From Octopus sinensis (lineage: Eukaryota), in assembly GCF_006345805.1 (NCBI RefSeq), contig NC_043005.1, positions 48,298,001 through 48,362,000 on the forward strand: a DNA stretch of 64,000 nt. The letters run 5' to 3'. The position numbers were made by a program, and so were the translations under genes. Below are positions 13,105 through 27,063 of this stretch, in pieces. The notes below the pieces were generated by a model, which ran no database searches, was not told the origin of the DNA, and saw nothing but the letters and a program-made list of their open reading frames with translations. Every line of letters starts with the position of its first letter. The first letter of the stretch is position 1.

Positions 13105-13761
13105 CCTTAAAAAAATGTGTGTGTCTGTGCGTGCGTCTGTGCGCCTGTGTCTGTGTTTGCCCCAACCATCACTTGACAACCGGTGTTGGTATCTTTACGT
13201 CCTCATTATTGAGAGGTTCGGTAAATAGACGGATAAAATAAGTATCAGGCTTTAAAAAAATAATTACTGGAGTCGATTCTTTCTACTAAACCTATTTAGA
13301 TGATGCCCTTGCATGGCCTCAGTCAAATGAGTGAATCAAGCAAAAGATATAAGATATCTCGACGCCTGTACGTATGCATACATGTACTTCCAAACATATA
13401 TATTTCGGGGGGATTCAGCGTGACACAAGGCTGGCCCTTTGAAATACAGGTACTACTCATTTTTGCCAGCTGAGTGGACGTATGTGTATTTGTGAATATA
13501 TATATAAACTATAAAAGGTTTGGAGATATGAGACGTGTATATTCACTTCTCATACCTCCTAAATTTATTATCGTTTCTAAATCATGAAATAATTTCATTG
13601 AGTGGATGTCCTGGATTTCAGCTGGATGGAACTCTGCATTAATCTCCAACGTATTGGATTATTTGTGGTATGATAGCTGGATCCACTAGAAGAGCTTTCT
13701 GTGATAGTCAGAAAATTCTATGAATCCACGTATTACGCTATATACATATACATACATATAT

Positions 13762-14070
13762 GTTTGTTGTTTGTTCCTTCTCAAGCCACGCCTAGCTCAT
13801 AAGAGCCGGTTTCCCGGTTTCCTTGCCGTATAGGTTCCCCACCTAGGCGAAACGCCGGTCCGTCGCAGGTGAGCTGCAAGATGCAAGAAGAAGGAGTGAG
13901 AGAAAGTTGTGGCGAAAAAGTCAGCAGAAGTTTGCCATTACCTTCCACCGGAGCCGCGTGGCGCTTAAGTGTTTCGCTCATGAACACACACATCGACCAG
14001 TCTGAGATTCGAACCCGCGATCCCTCGACCACGAGTCCGCTGCTCTAACCACTAGGCTATGTGCCTCCAC
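13762..14070 (-). mobile_element. SINE with E head + E tail, intact Pol III boxes
   Basis: Minus strand: gtggaggcacatagcctagtggttagagcagcggactcgtggtcgagggatcgcgggttcgaatc, tail gaaaccggctcttatgagctaggcgtggcttgagaaggaacaaacaacaaac. Confidence 0.8.
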
Positions 14071-14079
14071 ACATACATA

Positions 14080-14143
14080 TATATGTGTGTGTGTGTGTAT
14101 GTGTGTGTGTACATTATATATACACTCACCCACATATATATTA

Positions 14144-14180
<37 letters not shown>

Positions 14181-15514
14181 GTGCATATATACATATAAAA
14201 ATATATATACACACACGCACATATATATACTCGCACACCCACTCATATACACACTAACAGACATAGACAGATACACAGCTACTGGTACAAACGCACACAT
14301 ATACATTATTTTATTGTAGTGGGTGAGTGTCCATATATACCCGTAACAATGTATATATGTAAGTTTCCATAAATAAACGCGTTGCCAGCTTTAGGCATTG
14401 ACAAATCTGTTATGTCTGCATGTGCACGTAAGTTTAAATGTACACGTACTTAAGTAAATTACAGAATCACTATGAGTTTAAGCGTGTTTGTGTGTATACA
14501 TGCATACATGCACGCCCCGTGTGCACACACATATATTTGCACAATTGTCATTTATATTATGGTATAAATAGTATGTTTGTATGTATAGGCATGCCCTCGC
14601 CTATGTGTAGTTATGTGATAGAAAAAAAATTTGTGTATTCGTTTGTAAATATATGCGTTAATAAGAGGAAAGCGTGCATTTTAAGAAAGTATCGTGTATG
14701 TAAGTGTGTGTGTGTGTGTCACTGAAATGTATAGATTTGTATGTAGTTTTTATGTAGGTTTTTTATCTTGGCGTATGTGTATGCAACTGGGTGCTTGTAT
14801 GTGTGTATATATACCTCTTGTATGTACGTATCTTCAGAATCTTTCTTATGAAATGTGTACACGGAGTAAGGCTGTGCGCTGGTTTTAGTATCTGGGCGTG
14901 CGCACATGAGCATACATGTGTACGGTTTACCTCTATGTGAGTGCGTGTGCGTGTGTGTGTGTCTGAGTGTTTTATTGAGTGCGTATGCATGTAGCTGTGA
15001 CTGTGTGCATGTTTTGAAATATCTGTGCGTATACGGGTTTGTTTGCATGGACTATTTTATGCATACGTATGTGACAGCGTGTATGCATATATTTTTGTGT
15101 GTGTGTGAGTATGACTATATGTGTGTGTATATTATTTCATATATATGTGTATGTATATGTATATATATGTATTTCTATATATATAAATATACATATATAT
15201 ATGCATATCTGTGTATGTAAACATATATCTATATATGTACGTGTATATATATATATATAATATATATGTATATATATATATGTGCATATCTTTTATGTAA
15301 ACATAATATTTGCATATGTTGTGTGTGCATATATATATACATACACACACACACACACACAGATATATATATACACACACACACACACACACCTAGATAT
15401 ATATATATATATATACACATACATATAAACACATAATGTAATATATACTTTTATATATATATACATATATATACATATATATAATTACTTTATATATGTA
15501 TATATATACATATA

Positions 15515-15547
<33 letters not shown>

Positions 15548-15552
15548 TTTTA

Positions 15553-15618
<66 letters not shown>

Positions 15619-15760
15619 AGATTGAGATGGGTGTTAAGAAACAAAGTTTAGTACTTCTGTGTTTGTTTCTTTTGATATAGAATTTTTGATTTACGCTTCG
15701 CGTTGAAAAAAAAGTCGTGTGTGTGTGTGTGTGTGTGTGCATGTGTATGAATTTGCATGT
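14080..15760. repeat. Compound (TA)n/(TG)n/(TATG)n microsatellite field
   Basis: Direct inspection. Confidence 0.85.
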
Positions 15761-16181
15761 GTGAGTGCGAGTGTTTATATATTTTTACACGAATGTGTTT
15801 AGAAGATTTTTCATGTTTAAGTACGTCTGTATGTACGTACGTACGTTGTGTGTGTGTGTGTGTGTGTGCCTACGTGTGTGTGTGTGTATGTGTGTGAATG
15901 TATATTCAAGATATCCACCACCATATCTAATGGCATTATCACACATGCTCTATCCTCCATTACCCTACTCTCTTTTCTTTTCTTTTCTCTCTTACTCTTT
16001 CTTTCTTTCTCTCTTTCCCTACACCCCCCTCTCTCCCTCTCTCTCTGTGTGCTATCTTTCTAACTACCCCTAACCTTGTGCTGGTATTAGCCAACCTGAC
16101 ATCTGGCAAAAGAATTTGTCAGTTGAGTAGTGTCATATAATTAAAGCATGGTTTTTCTGCTCTGCTTTGACAACCATATTA

Positions 16182-16227
<46 letters not shown>

Positions 16228-16239
16228 CATTTATTATTA

Positions 16240-16279
<40 letters not shown>

Positions 16280-16538
16280 CTACCTATATTTTTTTTTATT
16301 TCGTTGGAGTATCAGAATCTGTTGAATGTTGTACGTAATGCCTTGTAGTAGTATTGCGCAAAGTCCTTCCAAACTTTCTCTTGTATTTTTTTTTTTGCTT
16401 GTTTTTTTTTTTTTTGCATGTTTGCTTGTTAATTCCCTATGGCTCAACTTTAGGCTTTCCGCCTTCCGGTGTCGCTAAAATTAGTATGAGTCAAATATTA
16501 GTCTCAGCCTAATCGACTGTATCATGCCCCCTCCCCGT

Positions 16539-16588
<50 letters not shown>

Positions 16589-16919
16589 CATATACACCTA
16601 AGTTTGGTGCCTATTTCCTAATACTAGAAACATTTATAGACATGTTTGAGAAATATATAGTTTCATTTTTTTTCTAAGATAATTATTCTTATATTCTTTT
16701 ACCTGCTTCACTCATTAGATTGCGACCATGCTGGGGCACCACTCCTGAAGAATTTCGCTCGAATGGATCGACCCCAGTACTTATTTTTTTAAAGTTTAAT
16801 GTTCATTCTTCCTTTTGCCGAACCGCTAAGTTACGGGTACATAAACACACCAAGATCGGTTGTCAAGCGATGCTAGAGGGACAAGCACAGACACAAACAC
16901 ATAAATACACACACACACA

Positions 16920-16963
<44 letters not shown>

Positions 16964-16981
16964 AAACCACACACACACAAC

Positions 16982-17023
<42 letters not shown>

Positions 17024-17360
17024 ATATACATATATATATACGATTGGCTTCTTTCAGTTTCCGTCTACCAAATCCACTCACAAGGCTTTAGTCGGCCCGA
17101 GGTTATAGTAGAAGACCTGAACCCGGAACCATGTGGCTGGAATGTACATAAACATATATATTTTTTTATTCTTTTACTTGTTTCAGTAATTTGACTCCGG
17201 CCATGCCGGAGCACTACCTTAAGTCGAACAAATCGACCCCAGGACTTATTGTTTGTAAGCCTACCACTTATTCTATCGGCCTTATTTGCCGAACCGCTAT
17301 ATTACAGTGTCAAGTGATGGTGGGAGGACTAACACAGACGCACAAATATATATATATATA

Positions 17361-17905
17361 TCTATTATATAAATGGCAGTTTGTCTGTCTGTGTGTCTGT
17401 GTGTCTGTCAGGTTGTACCCTCACCCTGACCACGGCTTTCAACCGATTCTGATGAAACTTGACACACACATAGCCCAATGTCATAATTCAAAACTAACGC
17501 AGCGAAAATTTTGAAAAGCTCTCCCAGTTCTGAAAAAAATTGATAAATTCGACATGGGGTCGAGAATCTAAGCTTTTTATATGCAACACATTTTCTGTTG
17601 TAGTTTTCGCAACTTCCAATCGATTTTCACCAAACTCATGGTGAAGCATAATGTTACCCTAAGAAACTTAATTCTGACGTTAGTTTTCCATGCAATACCT
17701 TACCATCAGAAAAAATCGATAAAATCATGCCATTTTGGGAAATCGCGTTTTCGCCCAAAGGAACAGCTAGGAACATCGTATACACAAAAGACATTGCAAC
17801 CTACATATGCGCTTTCGTTCCCTAGAGGGAAAGGACTAGATTGGGATTAGTCGTTGCCTACGAGGGGCTCTTACATACCCGGGCAACGCCGGGCTATGCT
17901 GCTAG
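17361..17905 (+). mobile_element. Non-autonomous Helitron inserted at A|T within the microsatellite of a SINE B
   Basis: 5' TC (tctattatataaa), gtct repeats, 3' hairpin cccgg-gcaacg-ccggg (17878-17893), CTAG|T end at 17902-17906; SINE B halves lie on either side. Confidence 0.85.
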
Positions 17906-18077
17906 TATATAATATACGACGGGTTTCTTCCAGTTTCCGCCTACCAAATCCACCCACAAGGCTTTGGTTGGCCCAAGGCTGTAGTAGACGACACTTCCCC
18001 AAGGTGCGACGCAGTGAGACTGAACCCGGAACTATGTGGTTGGGAAGAAAGCTCCTTACCATACAGCCACTCCTGCG

Positions 18078-18117
<40 letters not shown>

Positions 18118-18567
18118 GTGTGTGTGTTTGTGTGTGTGTATGTGTATGTATGTATGTATGTATGTATGTATGTTCGTATGTTCAGTTGGATTGAACCACG
18201 CACTATGCGGTTGGGAAGCAAACGTCTTACCACAAGAGCGCGCGAGCGCCTTATTAGGTACGTGTTGCAAAATCCATGCTTAAAAAATCCAAGGTCAACG
18301 AAATAATATATGAGAATGATCTAACAATAGTTATATAACCTATTATTGCTGTTTTCTAGAACGTACCTATGTCCGTCCTTTGAGGTAAACTGACAATATT
18401 TATTGGTTATGTAACATTCCAGTGTTATTTCTTACTTTCTCTTTTCTTTTCTGCGCAACTTTATAAGCATTTAGAATTGGTGTGTTTTATAACTGCTACG
18501 TTTCTGCTTTATTTTTTTTTTCAGAAAAATGATGCTATACCTATTATATGATATATGGTGATATATT

Positions 18568-18967
18568 CTCTTTTACTCTTTTACTTTGTTTCAGTCATTT
18601 GACTGCGGCCATGCTGGAGCACCGCCTTTAGTCGAGCAAATCGACCCCGGGACTTATTCTTTGTAAGCCCAGTACTTATTCTATCGGTCTCTTTTGCCGA
18701 GCCGCTAAGTGACGGGGACGTAAACACACCAGCATCGGTTGTCAAGCAATGCTAGGGGGACAAACACAGACACACAAACATATACACACACACACATATA
18801 TATATGCATCTATACGACAGGTTTCTTTCAGTTTCCGTCTACCAAATCCACTCACAAGTCATTGGTCGGTCCGGGGCTATGGCAGAAGACACTTGCCCAA
18901 GATGCCACGCAGTGGGACTGAACCCGAAACCATGTGGTTGGTTAGCAAGCTACTTACCACACAGCCA
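18568..18967 (-). mobile_element. Near full-length SINE B
   Basis: Reverse complement of the 12221-12583 copy. Confidence 0.85.
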
Positions 18968-19611
18968 TCTTTTTTCTTCTACTTATTTCAATCCTGGACA
19001 TAGATAATACCCAGTAGGAAAACTTGCCAGTGATATATTATAAAAGCGTGTTTGTTTTTGGCTGATGAATTTGTTCAGGAACGAGTAAGAAGAAAAGGGA
19101 TATATCTTTGCTTCACGGAATGTGGCTGGTTTTAGACCGAGCTCCAAAAATTGCTGAAGTCCTTGACTGATGTGTACACCAGTGTACCTTCCATTGATCA
19201 GGTAACAAACAAAGCTGTCTGCAATTTGGGATCGCGATCAAGGACAGACAGCTGGCAATGAAAATACGACAGACGCCTGCTTATAGGCGTAATGTGGTGA
19301 CTTCTGTAAGGCAAAGCTCTCAGAACTTCGAGATATTCCTAAATGTCTGTGTCTTAACTCACATTACCCTTTGATGCCAATGTTCACTTCTTCACTTCTA
19401 GTTTTCCAAGTATGACTCGAAATTCTTGTGTCAATGCAGTTAATTTCCGAATAAGTGTTTTATAAGCTGAATATCGCATGCTGATGGGGGAGATATCAGT
19501 ATGGTATCCGTGACGTTTTCAAAGCATTTATCTATTACGTATTAAGGTTCTATGTGATTCAATATCTGATCCCTTTACTTTACACTTGCTTATGATATTT
19601 TTACGCTTGAA

Positions 19612-20014
19612 GGAGGCGAGCTGGCAGAAACGTTAGCACGTCGGGCGAAATGCTTTAGCGGTATTTCGTCTGCCGTTACGTTGTGAGTTCAAATTCCGCC
19701 GAGGTCGACTTTACCTTTCATCCTTTCGGGGTCGATAAATTAAGTACCAGTTACGCACTGGGGTCGATGTAATCGACTTAATACCTATGTCTGTCCTTGT
19801 TTGTCCCCTCTATGTTTAGCCCCTTGTGGGTAATAAAGAAATAAGTATTTCGTCTGTCTTTACGTTCTGAGTTCAAATTCCGCCGAAGTCGACTTTGCCT
19901 TTTATCCTTTCGGGGTTGATAAATTAAGTACCAGTTGCATACTGGGGTCGATCTAATCGACTGGCCCCCTCTCCAAAAATGTTGTGCCTTTGTGCCTAGA
20001 GTAGAAAAGAATAT
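19612..20014 (+). mobile_element. SINE A dimer: head + A1 body + A2-type body
   Basis: Junction aaagaaata|agtatttcgtctg at 19843/4; the second unit ends in the A2 tail ggccccctctccaaaaatgttgtgcctttgtgcctagagtagaaaag. Confidence 0.85.
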
Positions 20015-20291
20015 TTTTATTCTTGGTTTCATAATGGCACAAACATATATATTTATGAAATTTGTAGCACCTCATTATGCTCTGCTTCGTGAATAGCTGA
20101 CAGTACATGTGCGTTGTTTGAGAAATATTTTCTAATGAGAGAAAAATATTTCGTAACATCAGTTTATACGCCAATGTCGTATGCTAGGTTATGTTGCACT
20201 TTATAACTATTACTTGTGAAGGTGCATGGCCTAGAGATTAGTGTATTGCACTCATGATCGCAACAACATCATGGTTTCAATTCCTGAGCCG

Positions 20292-20518
20292 GCAAGCTGG
20301 CAGAATCGTTAGCACGTCGGGCGAAATGCTTAGCAGTATTTCGGCTGCCGTTACGTTGTGAGTTCAAATCCCGCCGAGGTCGACTTTGCCTTTCATCCTT
20401 TCGGGGTCGAAAAATTAAGTACCAGTTACGCACTGGGGTCGATATAATCGATTTAATACCTATGTCTGTCCATGTTTGTCCCCTCTATGTTTAACCCCTT
20501 GTGGGTAATAAAGAAATA
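20292..20518 (+). mobile_element. SINE A1 inserted into the B-box region of a SINE C, 19-bp TSD
   Basis: TSD ggtttcaattcctgagccg at 20273-20291 and 20519-20537; the C head begins at about 20217. Confidence 0.9.
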
Positions 20519-21299
20519 GGTTTCAATTCCTGAGCCGAGTGGTACATTGTATTCTTGAGCAAAATATTTCATTTCACCTTTTTCTGTGATCAGTTCGACA
20601 CCACATGGTGTGGTACACCATGCATTTGTTCAGGCAACCTCGATGTTTCTTTTTTAAATGTGAGAGCTAATATATAGCACAAGCATTTGATCACTATAAA
20701 AAAAAATCATTTGTGCAGCTCGTTCAGTAAAAACTTCCAGAACCGCCTTTCTCGGACTACGAAAAACTGCTATTTTAAATCATCATAATTGTTACTTGTA
20801 CTTCTGGACAAATATTTATAAGAAGTTGCATTTCCTTATTATTGACTACGACATATATCGGCTGTCCACTTAACGGCAGATATCATTAGAGAACAGCAGA
20901 CATCAATTGATGTTTCAAAAATTTTACATAGATACGATCATCAATAAAGAAAAGTGAATTTTCACGTCACTTCTCAATAATGAGATGGTCAAGTTTATTG
21001 TGCGAGAGACTAACAATTATTGCAGTTTTTGTACTTATTAAAAAAGTTAAAAATAAGTGTAAAATTTACCCTTACGAAAAAGATATTCTTTTCTTTTACT
21101 TGTTTCAGACATTTGACTGCGGCCATGCTGGAGCACCGCCTCTAATCGAACAAATCGACCTCAGGACTTACTCTTTGTAAGCCTAGTAACTTATTCTATT
21201 ACTCTCTTTCGCCAAACCGCTTAGTTACAGAGACGTAAACACACCAACATCGGTTCTCAAGCGATGTTGGGAGGGACTAACACAGACACTCAAATACAT

Positions 21300-21324
21300 A
21301 CACACACCACACACTATATATACT

Positions 21325-21383
<59 letters not shown>

Positions 21384-21773
21384 ACATATATATACATATA
21401 CATACACACCACACACATATATATAATATATACTATACATACACACACACATATATAATTATATATACATATACATACACACACACATATATATATATAC
21501 ATATACATACACACACACAATATATATATCATATACATACACACACACACAACACACATATATTATATTATATAATATATCTATACATATACATACACAC
21601 ACACACACATATATATATTATATACATATACATACACACACATATATATATGTATATATATATATATTATATACATATACATATACACACACATATATAT
21701 ATAATACATACACATACACACACACACACACGATATATATATATATATATACATACACATATATATATATATG

Positions 21774-21804
<31 letters not shown>

Positions 21805-22070
21805 GTATACATACCATACCACACATATATATCATATACATACACATATCTATATATACATATCATACACATATACATATATATATAGACATATACATAC
21901 ACATATATATACATATACATACACATATATATACATATACATATATATATACATATACATACACATATATATACTATACATATATATATATATACATATA
22001 CATACACATTATATATACATATACATACATATATACATATACATACATATATATATATATATTATATAAT
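21300..22070. repeat. About 770-bp (TA)/(CA) compound microsatellite
   Basis: Direct inspection. Confidence 0.9.
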
Positions 22071-22071
22071 T

Positions 22072-22780
22072 TACACTTTGCAAGGTTTCGAGTCGAGTAC
22101 TCCTTGCATGCTCCGTTACTCGAACCTTGCTTCTATTGTGGCGAATTTACCGCCTCTGGTTAGATACTTGATATCTTTCATAGTCGCACAAGACACTTTC
22201 AATGGTGCTTTCCTCCAGGTGTTCAAATCGTTTTTTCTCTACATTGTATGCTTTGTAGACAATAGTCTTTTCTTTAATTTTATTTTTTATTTCTTTTGGT
22301 GGGGTTATCCTAGATTCACCGTCTTTGTCGGTGATCAATCCGAAATAGGTTTGTATTTCTTCCATTTTAATTTTAATGAGGTCGCCGCCCGCCGACGGCT
22401 GCAACGAAATTCATTTTGGGACTTTCTTCTATTGAAGGCATTCTAACAAAAATGCTTCCGTGTAAACGGTGAAAATATTGTCAATTTCGCAAAAGAGGGA
22501 CACAATTCAATTTTTAAACAATAACCAAAGCTCCTTCTCCCAAAGGGGGGGAGGGTTACGGTTTACAATTATTTAATAAATGCAACACAACAATGCTTCC
22601 CTTACGAGGAACCAACAAACGTGATAACAATAGTTAAACAGAAATAATAATAACAACAAACCTTACGGTAAACAAAAAAGCAGTAGTCTGTTGAAGCTAT
22701 AGGCCTTTATGGATCAGAAATAAACCAACAGCGGTACTCAGTAGAAGCATCTTTCTTACAGCCAAACTTCATATAGATAC
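22072..22780 (-). mobile_element. Possible 5' UTR + ORF1 start of a non-LTR retrotransposon (unassigned)
   Basis: Non-repetitive, coding-like minus-strand stretch (IKIKMEEIQTYFGLITDKDGESRITPPKEIK...; after a frameshift [16 protein letters not shown]). No family motif recognised with certainty. Confidence 0.3.
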
Positions 22781-22786
22781 TTAATG

Positions 22787-23417
22787 CTAGCTAATTAGCA
22801 AAAAATCTAATGTAAAAGCCGTGCACACCTCCATCTGGACTATTCCATTTCTGCACTTAAATTTTATTTTTTCATTTATTCCCATTCATGTGGAACCACT
22901 GATTCAAGTTCAAGTCATTGATGCAATGTTACGATTTAATTATTATATCATACTTTAGTTTGATTTTAATTATTACTTACTACATATAATTCAATTGTTA
23001 TTATTATCTCTAATTTTTGTTGTTAAAGTGAAAGTATCTGACATAAAATAGAGAGATGTTTTTGTTTCACTTTTAACACGTAATACTGAAATAGTGGAGA
23101 AGATATGATATTGCTATGGGCTCATCCTAGGCAAGCAGTTGAACATTTTTTTTTGCCCATGAAACTACATGGACCCTAAGTAAGGCATGTGTAAAATTTG
23201 AATGAAATTGGTTGTGTAGTTCTCAAGTTTTAGGGAATTGTAGTGGAGAAGATATGATATTGCTGTGGGCTCGCCCAAGGCAAAAAGTTCAAAATTTTTT
23301 TTGCCGATGACACTCCCCGGGCCTAAGGTATGTGTAAAATTGGAATGAAATTGGTTGTGTAGTTCTCAAGTTTTAGGGAAACAGACAGACAGACAGACAG
23401 ACACACATTCTCAGTTT

Positions 23418-23437
<20 letters not shown>
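22787..23437 (-). mobile_element. Helitron-like non-autonomous element with two about 145-bp internal tandem units
   Basis: Minus-strand start tc(ta)n aaaactgagaatgtgtgtctgtctgtc; duplicated block aaacttgagaactacacaaccaatttcatt. Left boundary uncertain. Confidence 0.5.
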
Positions 23438-23448
<11 letters not shown>

Positions 23449-23691
23449 GGAGTGAGAGAGAAAGAGAGAGAGAGAGAGAGATAATATTAGGGATTTAGTT
23501 CACTTGTGATCTAAACGAATAGGTACGCTTGGTAAGAGCTATAGTTGGTCGATCGTTAGGCTTCAAGATCACAGCTAAGGCTGGACCTAAGGACCTGTGT
23601 TAGGGCTGTGTTATAGCAGGAATGTATTGTATTAGGAAAAATCAAAACCAAGGCAGAAAGAGTAACTCAAGTCATTTAGAATAATTTGATT

Positions 23692-23777
<86 letters not shown>

Positions 23778-24137
23778 TTACATAAGAATATGACGGGCCT
23801 CTTTCAGTTTCCGTCTACCAAATCCAATCGCAAGGCTTAGTCGGCCCGAGGCTGTTGTAGAAGACACTTGCCCAAGGTGCCACGCTGCAGGACTGGACCC
23901 GGAACCATGTGATTAGGAAGCAAGCTTCTCATCATACAACCACGACAGCGACTAATTATATACATATATATTTCAATATCTTCTCGTTCACTTCCAATAA
24001 ATATTAACCTAAAGTAATTGCTTCAAGCCAGTTAAATTATATATAAGTAATTTTACAAAAAAATTTCCGGTAGAAAATTGGTTACCGACAGAAATATTGA
24101 GGCACTGTTATAACCACTGTCTTTGAAATATTATGCA

Positions 24138-24550
24138 GGTGAGCTGGCAGAATCGTTAGCACGCCAGGCGAAATGTGTAACCGTATTTCGTCTGCCGTTA
24201 CATTCTGAGTTCAAATTCTGCCGAGGTCGACTTTGCCTTTCATCCTTTCGGGGTCGATAAATAAAGTACCAGTTACGCACTGGGGTCGATGTAATCGACT
24301 TAATCCGTTTGTCTGTCCTTTTTTGTCCCTTCTATGTTTAGCCCCTTGTGGGCAATAAAGAAATAGGTATTTCGCCTGCTGCTACGTTCTGAGTTTAAAT
24401 TCCGCCAAGGTCAACTTTGCCTTTCATCCTTTCGGGGTCGATTAAATAAGTACCAGTTACACACTGGGGTCAATATAATCGACTTAATCTGTTTGTCTGT
24501 CCTTGTTTGACCCCTCTGTGTGTAGCCCATTGTGGGCAGTAAAGAAATAA
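24138..24550 (+). mobile_element. SINE A dimer (head + 2 A1 bodies) flanked by a 14-bp TSD
   Basis: Junction aaata|ggtatttcg at 24365/6; TSD gaaatattatgcag (24125-24138) / gaaatcttatgcag (24551-24564). Confidence 0.85.
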
Positions 24551-25035
24551 GAAATCTTATGCAGTTGCGATTGGTGATGTCGATATTTAGTTTTGATCTA
24601 GCAGCTCTATAATCGAAAGCGTTCCAGCCATGGAATGAGATGTAGGAGTTTGTAAGATTACATTATCTCGTATGCACATTCCTTATACAAGATAGTACAG
24701 CGTAATCTGATATAAATTAAACTACTATTTTTAGCAGTTCGTATAACTAGGAGCTCTTGCCATCACTTCAGCTCATACTAGTGCACACTCTTCTCAAATC
24801 TTTATATATTAAGACCTTCAAAAATGCAGAAGAGGCCAACAACAAAAGGAAAATATGTGGTCTACTAGTGATAATGGCAGGCGCAGTCGTAGCTGCATGG
24901 TAAGAAGTTTGCCTTCCACCACTTAGCTCAAGGTTCAGTCGCACTGCGTGGCCTTGGGCAAGTATTTTCTACTACAGCCTCGGGCCAACCAAAGCATTGT
25001 TAATGGATTTGGCAGATGGAACTGATGGAAAACCT

Positions 25036-25118
<83 letters not shown>

Positions 25119-25129
25119 ATATATATATA

Positions 25130-25295
25130 GGCGTAGGAGTGGCTGCGTGGTAAGGTGCTTGTTTACCAACCACATGGTTCCGGGTTCAGTCTCACTGCAT
25201 GGCACCACCTTGGGCAAGTGTCTTCTACTATAGCCTCGGGCTGACCAAAACCTTGTGAGTGGATTTCGTAGACGGAAACTGAAAGAAGCCCGTCG

Positions 25296-25347
<52 letters not shown>

Positions 25348-25580
25348 TAGATATGTATGTATGTGTGTGCATATGTTTGTGTGTCTGTGTTTGTCCCCCC
25401 TACATCGCTTGACAACCGATGCTGGTGTGTTTACGTCCCCGTAATATAGCGGTTCGGCAAAAGAGGCGATAGAATAAGTACTAGGCTTACAAAAGAATAA
25501 GTCCTGGGGTCAATTTATTCGAATAAAAGCGGTGCTCCAGCATGGTCACAGTCAAACGACTGAAACAATTAAAAGAGTAA
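25130..25580 (+). mobile_element. Near full-length SINE B
   Basis: Matches 12221-12583. Confidence 0.85.
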
Positions 25581-25608
25581 ACAAGAATATATATATATGT
25601 ACACACAA

Positions 25609-25665
<57 letters not shown>

Positions 25666-25685
25666 TTGAAAGATGGATAGATAGG

Positions 25686-25738
<53 letters not shown>

Positions 25739-26709
25739 GTGTGTGCCTGCGTCTTTCTGTATGTGTTTGTTCTCCCACGTCGCATCCCACCGCCTGACAA
25801 TCTGTCTTGGTGAGTTTACATCACTGTAACTTAGTGGTTCGGCTAAGAGAGCGATAGAATAAGTACCAGGGTTTAAAAAAAGAAAAGAAATACTAATGAC
25901 ACTTCAAGGCAATTCCCCATCATGAATGAAACACGTGTAGAGACATTCATTGTCTTTTTGTTTCGTTTCTTTCTCATTTTTGTTTCTTTTTTTATTTTTG
26001 AATAAATGCTACTATAAAATATGATGAATGGGGAGGAAGCAATCAGTTTAATTAAGTCCAAGCTCCATATACAAGATTTTCCTTTTAGTGTGTGGCATTT
26101 AATCAGCTGACTGTTGGTAAAACACTGAAAAAGACTTTTTGACGTTTAGTGATAACACGTTCAAAATGATAGCGAGAGAAAAAGTTTTTTTCCTAATTGC
26201 TTGACTAATTAGTATAATAAAAAAAGAATATATAAAGTAACATTGTCATGTGGGTGAAGAAATGAATTCATAACCCAGTCTATACAAGCTTTCAAATAAG
26301 ACAGTATCAGTTCTGAGTGTAATTATTGTTGCTGTTGTTGCTGTCGTTGTTGTTGTTGTTGTTGTTTATCCAAGGGATATCTCTGATGGAGCAGAGATAC
26401 TCTATGGCATGTAAAGAGTTGGTGGAATCATTAGGCGTGATTCATAAATCCGTAGCGCCGAATATTCCACGCCACCGTTTAGTTGAGGACCACAATGCAC
26501 ATTCTCACCTGCAGTCGTTAATTGCACTTAATGCAAGTGTTGCAGTGTGGGTATGATTACCCGGAATGTTACTTCATATCTGTAGATTCTTGTGGTTGTG
26601 TCATCGGAAGAGTGCAAGATGGTCTCCGCTCGAACACGTCAGCTGCTTCGTCGGGTGCAGTCGTACTGCCACATGATGCGTCCTTGTTTTGCAGTGCTTC
26701 TCCGTCGAT

Positions 26710-26912
26710 TTTTGCGATGGCTGAAACGATAAAGGTGTTCGGCGCTGAAGTGCTCCCTTGTCTCCTCTATGCCGCGGAATGCATGGCCCTCTACCGCAGG
26801 TGCATCAAGGCCCTAATGCAAGTTCAACGCCGTCAACTGCACTCCATCTTGCATGTCAGATGGCAAGATCACATTCTTCATATAGAGAATCTGCATCGCG
26901 CTGGCGTAGTGT
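26710..26912 (+). mobile_element. RTE/BovB-like LINE ORF fragment
   Basis: ETIKVFGAEVLPCLLYAAECMALYRRCIKALMQVQRRQLHSILHVRWQD resembles the RTE post-RT motif TKxKVYxAxVLPTLLYGxExW...ILxIxWQD. Confidence 0.7.
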
Positions 26913-27032
26913 AAGTGTGTAGGACTTCACATGCGGGCCTGTTAGACTACGACGGACAGCCGAAAAAGAATATATACATATACATACATGCATACATACA
27001 TACATACATACATACATACATACATACATACA

Positions 27033-27063
<31 letters not shown>

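Noticed and set aside
13590-13700. Possible Tc1-like SPDLNPLDY-W relic
   Set aside because: Only a few residues match; not enough to support a call.
14000-14070. tRNA-like sequence with intact A and B boxes (similar heads at 12781, 47830, 48790)
   Set aside because: No closing acceptor stem; it continues into SINE body and tail, so it is a SINE head rather than a tRNA gene.
19000-19560. Coding-looking unique stretch
   Set aside because: All frames are interrupted and no motif was recognised.
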